Below, piece after piece: positions 13,567 to 26,500 of a DNA stretch of 64,000 nt. Under the pieces are notes generated by a model. That model was not told the DNA's origin, ran no database searches, and was given only the letters and a program-made list of their open reading frames with translations. How positions within the stretch are numbered: position 1 is the first letter of the stretch; each line of letters begins with the position of its first letter. The stretch is from NCBI GenBank assembly GCA_030141605.1, contig JAQGDQ010000879.1, forward strand, positions 20,720 through 84,719. Direction: 5' to 3'. Origin of the DNA: Tubiluchus corallicola. Lineage: Eukaryota > Animalia > Priapulida. Made by a program: the position numbers and the translations under genes.

Positions 13567-14858
13567 GATGTTCAGATACAGACAGACTGGTGTTAACGAT
13601 TTTAAAGATTTCATACAATATGAATGTATTACATGACGTGGTAACAAAGAAAGCATTCTTTCTAATTTCTAATTGGATTAACCTGCACACAAACACACCT
13701 ACAAACGCACTCTGTTATGCCCATCTCACGAATTTGAAACCATACTCGCGTGCCTTAAGTGATAAAATTCATTATTGTGTCGATGTAATGCAAGTGAATT
13801 TAAATTATTTTGTCTATTAGAATTTTGACGTCATTCTTCAAAAATATGGGCAGATATTAAACTTTATTTGATTTGGATTTTATGAGTTTAATCAGTTAAT
13901 CGAGACTGACTACTTTAGTCCAGCCAGCGAAGTTTATTACAGGCTTACAGAAATGCATTTACACGCAATCCATCTGTCCAATCAAAAACATTTCCCGCCA
14001 ATATTTCCGGTCACAAAATATTGCCGTAACGATCGTCGTTTTCTGGTATTTTGCGTATATTAGCTTGACTTCATCACATAAAGACTCCTTCGTTGCGGTG
14101 TGGAATAAAATTTGTTCTGCAGGGTTGTGTTTTGACTTTTGATGAAGATTGTCTGTCACCTCGAAAAAAGTGCAAGATTTAACCAGGATAGAAATCGGTA
14201 TTTAGGCATTTCAGAAACTTCTAAGATGATGTATATTTAAAGAAGAACTATATTTAAGGATGGACAAAACAAAATTATTAACCTAATTTATCTATGATTT
14301 AATGCCAGTAACCGTGACAGTGTAGTACATATGTATTCTCTGTTTATGCAAATTAGATAAGTTTAGATTTTGTGGGCCACACATTAAAAAGTGAGTAAAA
14401 AATAATGTAAATACGCACCATTTAACATGCAACCGCATTCAAGCATTCAATAAAATTAATATTAAAGATTAATTATTTACAAAACGAAACAAAAGAGTTG
14501 CAACTATACTGACCCCTTACTTTTTAATTTATTAGACATCTCTATGATTGATTGATTTGCTTTGCGAATGTTCAAACAGCACATTATATTTTTTTCTTGA
14601 TCTTTGTCTAGTGAATCATTTTGCTGGCATAAGAAATTGAGCAGTTTAACTTAGGATACTAAAGATTGTTGATACAAAATATTGAAAGTTTGTTGTAGCT
14701 GTTAAACTTTATCTGTGGTAACAGTTTACTTTAGTTCGCAGGGGTACCTTCTGAAATTATAGCTAAGTAAAGCTAAGTAAAGAAAAGCGTATAAATTAAC
14801 AATATCGATACGCCATAATTTCTGAATTTCGTGTGTGAATCATCTGCAGATAGACACA

Positions 14859-15058
14859 ATGTTTTCTTCGGTTTGTGATTTACGACGAAAAGTCGGACAG
14901 CAGTTAAACCAAATCTGGACATCCGGTGTAAGCAGTGTTTGTGACTTGGACAACAAACCGTCAAATGCTTGGCACGATATAAGTAACATGAAATATTCTC
15001 TCACCACATCCGCACTTTACTCGGACATTAAATCAAGCAACATAAATTTCAGAAAAAC
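14859..15058 (+). CDS. BAIAP3: Alternative first coding exon V2 (MFSSVCDLRRKVGQQLNQIW...NFRK)
   Basis: Acceptor catctgcAG at 14848-14849, ATG at 14859, open frame to AC|GTAAGT (phase 2). Confidence 0.65.
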
Positions 15059-15295
15059 GTAAGTATTCTTAACGCTATATATCACGTAACAGGCAGGCAG
15101 TTTGTTACGCAGTTTGCCATTATGCAAGTCCTCATGGACGGAGCCTGTTTAACGTAGATGGTTGAATACGTAAATTGGTGATCGAAATCTATTGCGATTT
15201 ATTGTATCACGATTGATATGGAGCCTGGGTACATCTCACTGATTAGTAAGAAAACTTCAATCGCATAATTTGCAAAATCTGAATCAAGTTGTTAA

Positions 15296-15875
15296 AGCAA
15301 AACCGGACCCAATCTTAAACTGTAGATCAGAACAGTCTACTCTTTAGAATATTGAAAGAATCATTACCACACAAGCACAATTTCACTTTCGCGCTACTAG
15401 TTCTTCGTGTTACATGCATTTCGCCATTCCCTAGTTAGACAGGCACTAGCGCATGCATTTCGGAAACGCATTGCACAAAAACAGGTATTGTACCTCTCAG
15501 TTCAGATGTGTTAGTTTGTGACGAACTACACACGTTCGACAACTAATGCGTGAGCATAGCGGTAAATTTAAAATTTGAATTTTTATCTTAAAACTGGCCG
15601 AGTTTTAGTACAACACACCGAATATCTTAACAGTAGCACTGTACTTCAATTTTCGCTTTCGCAAACACGTGCAACACGCTCATGGAATGTTTTTGCTGTT
15701 GAAAATTATGTTAGCTTGTAGTGTCATCAATAGTTGAGCTCGCCCGCCGTTAATTATGCTTTTTATCTATTATTTAATTATCAGAAACGCTTTTGCAGTA
15801 TTAATTGTGTTAAGATGCATACTTTTTATCGGACTTGAAAATAGGGTAGTATATGAAAAATCGTCCTGTCTTCCT
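15296..15875. mobile_element. Kolobok-like MITE, copy 1
   Basis: TTAA flanks; termini AGCAAAACCGGAC / GTCCTGTCTTCCT; colinear diverged copy at 48728-49343. Confidence 0.7.
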
Positions 15876-16811
15876 TTAAACAACGATCAAGTTGTTGAGC
15901 TTCTTGCTAAATTAACAAAACCTTGCTTTTGTTGTCAAGCATGCGTTGTAAAACTCGCATAGTCTTATGAGACTTTTGCGTGATTCTGCACACCTTTCAG
16001 TGACATTAAGCTTGAGTATTGGCTTAGTTGCACATTATACAGATCGTATTAGTCAATGTTGGGTGTCATTTTAGTCTAGGAAACAATAAACAGTTACTAT
16101 AAATCTACTGATTGGCTTCAGTAATACATTGTGCCGGCAATGAAAAAGGAAAATATTTGGCAGCTGTTTCAGAACTACTCTCCTCGACTTTACAGCTAGC
16201 TTTAGAGCGTTTGTATGACCACAGAATTTGTTCTGCGTCTGTAATAAACGTGTTGTGGAAAGTAAATTGATTAACATATAATCAATAAATATATAATCAG
16301 TGTGTTGTTTGTCATTATAAAAATAAGGAAAGAAACCACCAAAACAAATTATGGCCTGACGCAGAACGCCAGCTGACCTTTGGAGTATACTTAAATGCTA
16401 CTTCACTTAATTAGGAATAGAAGCTCACGCCTGAATACCAATAACTGGCCTTAGGCATCTATGATTGACGTTTTCTTCTGTAGTGGTCTTATTATTAGAA
16501 ACAAATATTGTAATAAGCAGTTGCGATAGAGATGGTTGATTGATCACGCTGTAGTGATGTGAAAAGTGATCAAAGTTGGATTAGAGATTTTTGAAAATAT
16601 CCGAAGTGTCATCGCACTGAAAGAGTTTGCTCGGGATTCAAATTTAATTAGATTACGTACACGATAACGTCATGTTTATACGAAATAGGATGTAAGTACA
16701 GTGTTTTTGCTGCATCATAATACACATTAATTTTTGAGTTTAGCATTGTAGAATAGAATTTGTTCAATCTAAAAGTTTCGTCTAGCCCACGGTTCCGTCA
16801 TAATTTATCCT

Positions 16812-17060
16812 CAGTGCCTCTAGCGTTCAAACTCTGCACTTTATACCGATGGCAGTGCCTCTAGCGTTCAAACTCTGCACTTTATACCGATGGCAGTGCC
16901 TCTAGCGTTCAAACTCTGCACTTTATACCGATGGCAGTGCCTCTAGCGTTCAAACTCTGCACTTTATACCGATGGCAGTGCCTCTAGCGTTCAAACTCTG
17001 CACTTTATACCGATGGCAGTGCCTCTAGCGTTCGAACTCTGCACTTTATACCGATGGCAG
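16812..17060. repeat. 41-bp tandem repeat x6
   Basis: CAGTGCCTCTAGCGTTCAAACTCTGCACTTTATACCGATGG repeated head-to-tail; one substitution seen, in the last copy. Confidence 0.97.
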
Positions 17061-17097
17061 CAACTAAATGGCAGTTTTATCGTTCTGCAGTTCTGAT

Positions 17098-17766
17098 GTT
17101 TTAATCACAAACGCCAACACCTTTTATTAAAATGAAATAAAAGCTTTGAAACAAATGTTTTCTGCAGTAAAACCATCTTCTGGGTTAAACATAAAAATAA
17201 TGCAAAATAATGTAATTATAAATTAACTGCGTGCAAAGAGACAACTCACAGAAGTGACAAATTTCAATAAATGGTATTAAGTTAGTCACACCATTAATCC
17301 AATATTAATTCACTTATGCAGAATACACATCATCACTTATGCAGCATACACATCGTAACTTATGTAGCATACACATCGTAACTTATGTAGCATACACATG
17401 GTAACTTATGTAGCACACACATCGTCACTTATGCAGCATACACGTTTTTAATCACAAACGCCAACTCCTTTTATAAAATGAAAGAGAAGCTTTGAACCAA
17501 ATGTTTTTTGCAATAAAACCATCTTCAGGGTTAAACATAAAAATAATGCAAAATAATGTAGTTATAAATTAACTGCGTGCAAAGAGACAACTCACAGAAG
17601 TGACAAATTTCAATAAATGGTATTAGTCACACCATTAATCCAATATTAATTCACTTATGTAGCATACACATCGTAACTTATGTAGCATACACATCGTCAC
17701 TTATGTAGCATACACATCGTAACTTATGTAGCATACACATCGTCACGTATGTAGCATACACATCGT
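17098..17766. repeat. Tandem duplication (about 346-bp period), each unit ending in a 23-bp minisatellite
   Basis: 17098-17443 resembles 17444-17766; ACTTATGTAGCATACACATCGTA occurs about 5 times per unit. Confidence 0.93.
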
Positions 17767-19439
17767 GGAAAAAAGCTTTTCATATCTGGCACTAAACTGT
17801 GAAAACTGCGCGAAACCAGTGATAAAACGTAAATAGAATATGAGAAAAAAGTGTAAAACTTCTGCTTTCCGATTTTTATTTTATATAATGAGTTGCTTGT
17901 ACCTGAATTGTTGCACCACGATTCTGAATTTATACCTGTCTTATGCTGGTTCATTCCCTGGACGCAATTTAACTGTGTAATAACTCAGGATTATATTGAC
18001 TGCAGTGTTTAGTTTCACCCGCATGATACTTTCCCTTTCATATTTGATCACTGACATTTTACCTCACGTCAAAAATAAAACATTTTTGCCGTGGACGCCA
18101 ACGTTAACGTTATGGACATTGTTAATTATTGTTATAGTAATTATGCTGCTTCCTTGTATGATCCTTATTTAAGCAAGTATGTTTTCAAACGATATTTTGT
18201 AAGGCGTTCTTTGCATATTTTCTGGCAGGTGGTCCTCTAGCAGTCTTTTGGCCTTACCACAATTGTTCAAAGCTATATATCTCTGGCGAACTCCAACAGA
18301 TTGATGCCATTGACATGGGAATCTAGTTAGCTGCTATTGCTAAAAGTGGTCAACACCAAATTAGGCCTACAGGTTACAGTTCACCGTGTCCAGCTCTTAG
18401 CAGTACATTTACGCTGGAATTATAATCAATAGAGTCGAATTCGTCTCATTGAGAGATTCCACATTATCAGTGAAAGGTCACTTAAAATTATGAAAACAGT
18501 TTTCTACTGTAGCCATTTGTGAAGATTTGTGTGCCGCACTGATGTTGGTATACCTACTTCTATCAGTATTTTCTTTTTTAAAATTTTGAGCATGAATTTT
18601 GTTGAACTCACGGCTTTATGGTGCGATGATTTATGTACGTTTGCACTCTTAAAAAATGTTTATTCTTATACCTAAAAACAGTTTTAAAATAATTAAAAAC
18701 GGTTTGAATTAACAGCAAAGTGCATAATTTTGAACTGCTCTTTTTTCCAATGAGCATGCAGGTTTACGGAAGTGTCTGCAATCTGTTGTTATAGCAGTTT
18801 GTAACAATTCCGCTGTCTCCAAGGAAATCTTACGATTTCTTGCTGCTTAACTACAGGCAACTGTTTCCAGCACTATAATGTGTCCCTTGTGGACATTCTG
18901 CTTGATTATTACTATTAATAATAAAATATACATAATAAGTAAAACGATATACATCATACGCGAGAAAGGGGAGCTCGGTGATGCGTATGTTACATAATTT
19001 ATTAAGACCACGTAATAACTTTACAGTAATGAACTTTCGCAGACTAGCTGGTTTTGTTACTTCCTCACTTCGTTGTTTTGGAAAAAACTTCTATGTCATA
19101 CGATGCAATTGAGTATTACGCACGCATCACAATGAGCCAAATAACAACAGTGAGTTAACAAGTCAATGAAAACTAAAACTAGTTTATTAGAAAGACAGTA
19201 CAAAAGGTTTGTTTTGCCTAAATGCGTCTCCAGACGGCGTTTTTCTTCTGCATCAAGACCAAAATGTCTTCTTGTGTTCTGACAAACATACCAATACACA
19301 GTCGCAGTCGATACTAAGTAAAGCCAACTCTTGCTCATTGACACCCACTACTGTACAGAATAGTTAACAAAGGGGAAAACACGAAAACCGAGTGGCCGTT
19401 TCGTCTCTAGTCTTAAGACACTGTTATACGTACCTGACT

Positions 19440-19527
19440 ACATATCCTGGATCGAAGTTATTAAATAATATTAAATAAAATTAGTTTTAAATTAATTAAT
19501 ACTTAATAATTTCGATCAAGGATATGT
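19440..19527. repeat. AT-rich inverted repeat / hairpin
   Basis: ACATATCCTGGATCGAAGTTATTAA pairs with TTAATAATTTCGATCAAGGATATGT (2 mismatches). Confidence 0.8.
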
Positions 19528-22500
19528 GCGTCATGGCAAGGTTTTATATGAAAGATTATCTATAGTTACCTGACGACCAGAACGCAGCTCTTCAATGGAA
19601 AAGTCTACCTCTGCACGAGCTTGTAAAAATACAATAGTTGTGTTCCAGTGTCTTTGAATCAAAGTTCAACACGAAAAGTTGTGCAACCTGCATCCTTGAA
19701 CTCAGATCTTGCTTAGTGGCAAAACAAATCTGACTCTTAGTACTGAGGTTACATCTATTTATATGTACAAAAATACATGTAAAAAGACTTGTGCATGGTC
19801 AATTTAAAAGATTTATGTAAGCACCAACAAGGTTTTAAACAACTAATATGCACAGGCTAAACGTTGTGGCTATAATAATCAAGAACCCTACTAACTATCA
19901 ACTTTAACAAAATAGGCCTACTATTCAGCCAACCGCTTTTTGTATATATAATAATAATGCTGAAGTATATTATATTCTTACGTTATAGATTATAGAACAA
20001 CGTCAGATTTCAAATTTGAAAAATAGAAAGCTAGCTACCTTGGAAAAGACAGCATGGTTCTAATTAATTTTTAAAGAGACCAGTTTTTTGTGAGATCTTC
20101 CACATGTTTGATCCACCGGCAACATTTGTCTATGCTTAACTTTATTCTGCACGGGCATTTACTGTCCTACATGTGAGCAAACTTCCGGGCCGTTTAACAG
20201 TGGCCAGTTAAAGCGCCTGATTGGCCATTTGTAAGGTGGATCCCCGCTGGATGATTGAAGTTTCACGATCTCTCTATTCAGCAGAGAGATAGTCACATAG
20301 GATGATGGCAAACAGTGCATCAGAACAACAAATGCCCAGATGATAGAAAAATTTTACACCCACACGACACAATACTTCCTCCTTATGGCTTTCGATGCTA
20401 CATTTTAATCTCAGAAGAAACAAGCTTCTTAGCGGTGAGTCTCACTGACGATTGACTTCCGAGTTGATGAGTATCTACTAAAGTACCATATAATTATCAT
20501 TACCGTAAATGTCCACGTGCATCATAAATTACCGTAGAAGTTTGCTTCTTTTTCCATCAAGAAATGCATGTGTATGATGCTGCATTGGTAAACAACTAAT
20601 GTTCTACTCTTGTCAACAAGCTTTTGTTTCATTTACATGTTATTCTGCCCAACTCATGACTGGACAACTAAACAGATTATAATGGTGCAATATTGACGAG
20701 TAGGCCTATAAGTATCGTAAATTACATACTTTAATTACACATGTATATTAAACATTTGTCTAATTCCTGCGCCTAGCATACAAACAACGTATGATACGAA
20801 ACTAAATTCTGCGTGTATAAATGACATGTCTTCAGGTTCCATATGCTTGAGTGTATAGCATTTATATCTGTGTTCAATGTGGCATTATTGATGCTGAATA
20901 GTAGCCTAAGTTTGTAATAAATACGAAGCCCCCATTAATGGAAAGTGTCCAGATTTTTATTGCTTTAATAATGGCTGACACTTTGTTAAATGTTGCTATT
21001 ACAAGACGAAGCTTTTCAGTATTTAGAGTGATGGTGTGAGAATGACAAATTCCGATGATCTTGGTTTTCTACTACAAGTTCTACTGCCGTACAATTTGAT
21101 AAAATCGAATTAGACGAACTCGCTTTTATGAACACTTTAATTAGCATTTCACCTCAAGGGAATCCAATCTCTTTCCCGCTTATCGGGAATTATCCCAAGA
21201 ATTGTATTCCCGTGAAATTTAAGTTGCTATGGGCAGCCACGATATAAACTTGTATAGTTTTCAACGCTTACATTTTAACGTTCGTATGATGTGTCCTATT
21301 GCTACGTGGTTCTGTGTAGATTCTGTATTTAGAACACGTTGCGCTAAGCAAATGTCTTCTTATGTAAATAAGTATTATGGCCATTGGCGAGCCTTGGCAA
21401 AGCCTGTAACTTGTCTAGTTATTGATTGTTAGCTGAATATGCGTAGGGGATATATAGGTGAGGCTGTTTTGATTGGCTTATTAATCATTAGCGACCTGGC
21501 TGCCATTTACGATCAATTAATTTTTATTAGCGGGACGGAGAGCTGTGAGGAAGCAAGCATTTTCTAGTACGGGGTGCTTGCACGTATAAGCAGTAATTAT
21601 ACTGCAAGGTCTTGGCAACACACTGCAATTAAAAACTTATTGATTCCATAATAGCCTGGAAAACGCTTTTGTTTTTGACACACTCTTCTTTTCTAAATTA
21701 CCAATTAACATTTTCGACGATCAATAGAACACTTTAAAGAAATGTTAATCGTGTCAGTTCGACCCGGTTGAAGTCTACACGTAATACATAAAACGCTGCC
21801 TGAAATTAATGTGACTATTCGGGAAAGTAATGATTTGAAGACTTTAATGAAATACAGAGCCGAATAAAGTGTCTAGAACTTAGGTTTTTGCAAGTCACAA
21901 CAAAGCAGAATTTCCATTTCAGTGTAAATTGAACTGTGTGTGAATAAATGTGTGTTTCCTTTTTGCACGCGTGGTCCGTCATACTTGTATCTCAAAGCTA
22001 TTTGTACGATTCTCGTGACCTTCAAAAGTTCCAGTAGTATTTAGAGGAATTCCCATACTTTTTACATGAAGTCCAAAACATGCAGTGATTTCAGTCAGGT
22101 AATGCATAACTATGGTAAAAAAATTGGGCACTCCTGGTAGACTCAAAGATAAACCCATTATAAAAGTACAATAAATTCACGCGAAATACATTTCACGTTG
22201 CAATTTTTCTGGAGTTTAGGGCTATAAGCCTCCATACATACCCTTGGAACAGGCTTGGCTAAGATATGGGTTAAAAAACGTGTGGATTAAATTTCTGTGG
22301 ATTAAATTTGTTGTTGTTTCTCTCAGTCACAAAAAAGAGTATTTCTATTGCTTTAGACACTGACGGTCATAAATCACTTTTCCTTTATTTCCCATTTCCC
22401 CCACGGGAATCCAATCCTTTTCCCATTTTTCTGGAGCTATCCTATGAATTGCATTCTTTTGCAAGCCGTATGAAATTTAAGTCGCTTTAGACAGTCATGA

Positions 22501-24448
22501 TACATCTACCAGCCAAGTTCGTAAGTACATTTACAGGCACTCACCAGTATCAGAGAGAATGTACATTAATAATTAATAATTAATGTATACATAATTGACT
22601 GCGCTGAATTAATCAATCGTTTGACTATATTTCATCTATTATTTTTATGTTATTTTCAAATTGTGAATTTTTGTGTAAGATATTGTTAAATTGTACTTGG
22701 CTTTTGGAATAAATAAATTTTTGGAATAAATAACGAACGTTATAGTTGTCGCCATTCAAATCAGCGTCACCGCTACTGTAACATAATAGTAAACAGTACA
22801 TAGTGAATAGTGAGTATTGTTACTAATAGTAAGTTAATGTGAATTATTACAGCTAAATGGGATGTAATGCATGCAACGTTTCCATATTCCTTACTTCGTC
22901 TAACTCCTTTATTATAGTTTATTCTGTTCGGTTCGACCAGTGTGTTCCAGGAAGCAAGACTAATTAGGTCTTTGGAGAAAAATGTTCCAGCTGCTAACAT
23001 GCATTATTACATGGCTTATTACTACAACAATAACATGTTATTGCAAGGTAACATAAGTCGAATTGGTCTGGTCGGTACAACGTCGTGTCATCATCCATCA
23101 CGGTGCACGGCCTGCGCCGACTCCGGATCGCAGAGCTAGTCAATAATCTTTTGGGACTACTCACAGGTATTGTGTGCAGCGTTTAATAGTGTCCCTGTTG
23201 TCAGATTTATACAAAGCAAGTCATATAGTGAGCGCACATGTCACATGCTATCCTAGTGCTTGTATTCGCGTGTTCATTGAACATCATTTTTTGACAAGAT
23301 CACACTGAATCAGTTACTCTTCCCGTCACAATTTGTGCTGCGCAGCATTTAAAAGACCAGTGCAGCAATTGCGCGTGAATTTGCTTGTTATCTACCAGTC
23401 GATTTTTTTTGTCAGGGGACACATATGTGGACTTTGAGTGCTGTGCCAAGGGTTTAATCATTGACATGAGTCAGACGTTTTCTGTGGCTTCGCTGCTTTA
23501 TTACTATAGCAGTCAAAACGCGTGAAAGAGTATTCAACCGTGTCGCGGTGCCTGGCTTCGCTTTTATGCAGTGCAAGCTGGTACTGTATTGTTTATTCGT
23601 ACGCCTGTGGTGCAATTATATTACCATTGGAATTAGATTGATATGCTTTCAATTTTGTCGTGTTGAAGGAACTTATTACAGGCAAATAATAGTTGTTATT
23701 TGAATACTGTAGCAGGAATAAAAAGCGGATAAATCTGGTTTTATTTCCACTTTCAAATTTTGCATACATTTCATTTTTTGCATAGAATTAGTTTGCTTTA
23801 TTATCATAATTGAAAAGAAATGTTTTAAAAGACAAGCTTGCGGTAAACGTGTAAAAATTCAAGTATAGTGCAAGGCGCACAAGCTACATGATATCTGTTC
23901 AAGTTTACAATGATTGAATAGTTACATTTTTCAAAGAGAATCTATGCCCAATTTATCTGACTCAAAGAAAATTTTTTACAAAAACTTGCATTTTATGTAA
24001 TTGATGTGGCCAGTTAAACTCTGCATTCATCTTTCTCTGTATTGCTACGTTTGAAGTTTTCGTCTGTAAGATAAATGGAAGGAAAAACTTCGATGTGCAT
24101 TTTACATGGCAGCGCTACGTGGCAGGTGCTACTGAAATTGGTGTTTCCTCTTACAAACCTCAGAAACTGATTAGTTTTCGATGCCTTTAACTTTTTTTAA
24201 TTAGGGCTTATTTAATTATATGTATATACATATTTAATACGCATGTACATAATTAATATATATAATATACATTATGTGTACTTGCCAGTGAGCCTTGCTT
24301 ACCTACAAGGCGCCTTATTACTTCAACCGACGTTGACTTTTTAAACCTTTGTACAATAACGCAAAGTTTTTTAAAGCTTCGTATAATATTGAAAAGTCAA
24401 ACTAGTTCAAACTATAATATTCACATAGTGGACATCATCTGCCGAGTA

Positions 24449-24669
24449 AAAACTAAGTAAAGAAAATTTAAGACTAAATTAAAACTAGTCATTGTACGCA
24501 GTGACTAGTCAAAATAAATACAAGCCTAAAGTTTTCTTCTGTAAGATAAATAGAAATCAAAACTTCGATGTGCTTGGTAGCGCTAGGTGGCAGGTGCTAC
24601 TGAAATTAAATATGATTGTGTGCAATGACTCATTTTAATTTAGTCTTTATTTCTCATTACTTAGTTTTC
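24449..24669. mobile_element. Fold-back/MITE-like element with about 50-bp inverted arms
   Basis: 24449-24500 is the approximate reverse complement of 24618-24669; interior 24529-24607 is duplicated at 24054-24139. Confidence 0.6.
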
Positions 24670-26298
24670 ATGACAAATTTAATGGGATCTTATTTTTAAC
24701 ATAATTATTAGTTCTGTTTTAAAACAACTTTGCTCGAACTTTTACCAGAAACAATATCAGGCTTAATAGCCCATTCACTGCAGGTAAAAATCTTGAAGCT
24801 GTGTAGGAGTTGCTACACTTCACGTATGCGTGTTTTTGCACAATTACAATTGAAATCGATAGCAATTACGGCGAGATTGTGCAACTCGACTTGTTAAATT
24901 TATCCCTTATAGCCTTGTACTCACTATGCACAAGTGATTTATTTCTCTCTAGTGTCCATTAAAAGCAAGTTTACTACGTGGGATAGAAACATTAAAATAA
25001 TCTCGGTGTGCCGTATAAAACTAAAACTAATAAATCAAATTATCTGATTTCAATTCTCCTCATAAAAATAAGTTATTCACCTGCGGCTGCTAATTTATCG
25101 CTCCTCAGCCACAAGCTATCTTTATGCCAATATATTAAATTGAGTAATTATGTTAAAGATTCTAACGTCGCACAGTACTATAGACATTTCAGAATTTTAC
25201 GGCATTGCTTGTGAGTCCAGCGGTAGACTAAATTTTGTTACAAAAACACCGAACTGACGAGAAAGGCGATACAGATTAGTTTTACAAACTGGCACTGATG
25301 AGAACATTTTTTTGAGTTTACAGTTTTAACTGAACTGATTCCATCCATGACGATTAAAATTGAGTACCGATACCAAATGCCAGTACCGAAACAAGATATT
25401 ATCTACAGTTATCGGTTTCTTATCGAATAAATTTTTACCTGGGTTACTGTTCAACGGGAATTGACTTCTAGATCAGCCAATAAAAACTAACAGTGTGCGG
25501 AAATTTACTTATGACCTGTTATGGGAATAAAAACCAAAATTCCGTATAGAAAACTCAGTGAATGACGTTTGAATCGGTTACCGATAGATCAGCTGTTTCT
25601 AAAAATCGGCACAACGCATCACCATCTTAGGTTAGGGCGGTTGTGTTTATTCGTAGTTGTTGTTTTAATAGTTGGTCTCTTTGAGCAAAAAAACCGTAAT
25701 AAATGTATCAGCAAACGTTTTTGGTATGATTTTCAAAAGGGACGACTGTAATAGTAATTATTGTCGCACGACTGCTATTGACACTCTTGACGTTCGATCA
25801 ATTTAATACCTGACGAGTTGGCCAGATGCTTATAGGAGGTATATACTAATACATGCATATGTGCATACAACTTCGCAGATTAAATTGATAGGAAAAGTGA
25901 AGAAATCAAGTCTTTTTCTTTATTTATTTATAAAATTAATATTGTGTACGTTTTTTTGGAATATCAGTCGTATTGCAGTGCTTGTGATTAGTATGTACTC
26001 GTAATTTTAAATCAAAATGCTGGTGTTAAGATTATGTACATTGTGAATATTTATAATCATATTACTTAACGTTACGCTTACCTGTTTGAAAGACTTATGT
26101 AATTGAGAAAGTCTTGGTAATTTAAAATTATCCCGGCACTGTATCGCCATCCCAGTGTGTTCCTCTGATTCACCAATTCAAGAGTGTGCTACCAATACTC
26201 TAAATATTTTTTCAAAACTTACGCAAATTTATCTAAACTTTTCAAACGACTTACTGTAAAAATGGCTTCGCCTAATAGTCGTCGCAGATATTAAACTT

Positions 26299-26500
26299 AA
26301 GTCGCGTTTACGTAGCATCCGGATGCGGATGCGTTTTGGGTTGTGCGGAATAGATAAAACCAGCTTATATTGTTTTCAATGCACCATTTATGCAGTTTGC
26401 CTAAACGTTATTCTTTTTCTGCAACTGTTTCTGTTAATTTTTCCGTGGGCTATTCCGCAGGCCGTTCCGCAGGTGAAAAACGCATTCGCATACGCATCCA
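26299..26500. mobile_element. PIF/Harbinger-like MITE family A, copy 1
   Basis: Shares CGTAGCATCCGGATGCGGATGCGTTTTGGG..GCGGAATAGATAAAACCAGC..TATTCCGCAG with 31912-32112. Confidence 0.75.

Noticed and set aside
16812-17060. CRISPR-like regular repeats (also 9381-9632, 17311-17766, 37296-37395)
   Set aside because: Head-to-tail units with no unique spacers, no cas genes and a eukaryotic intronic context
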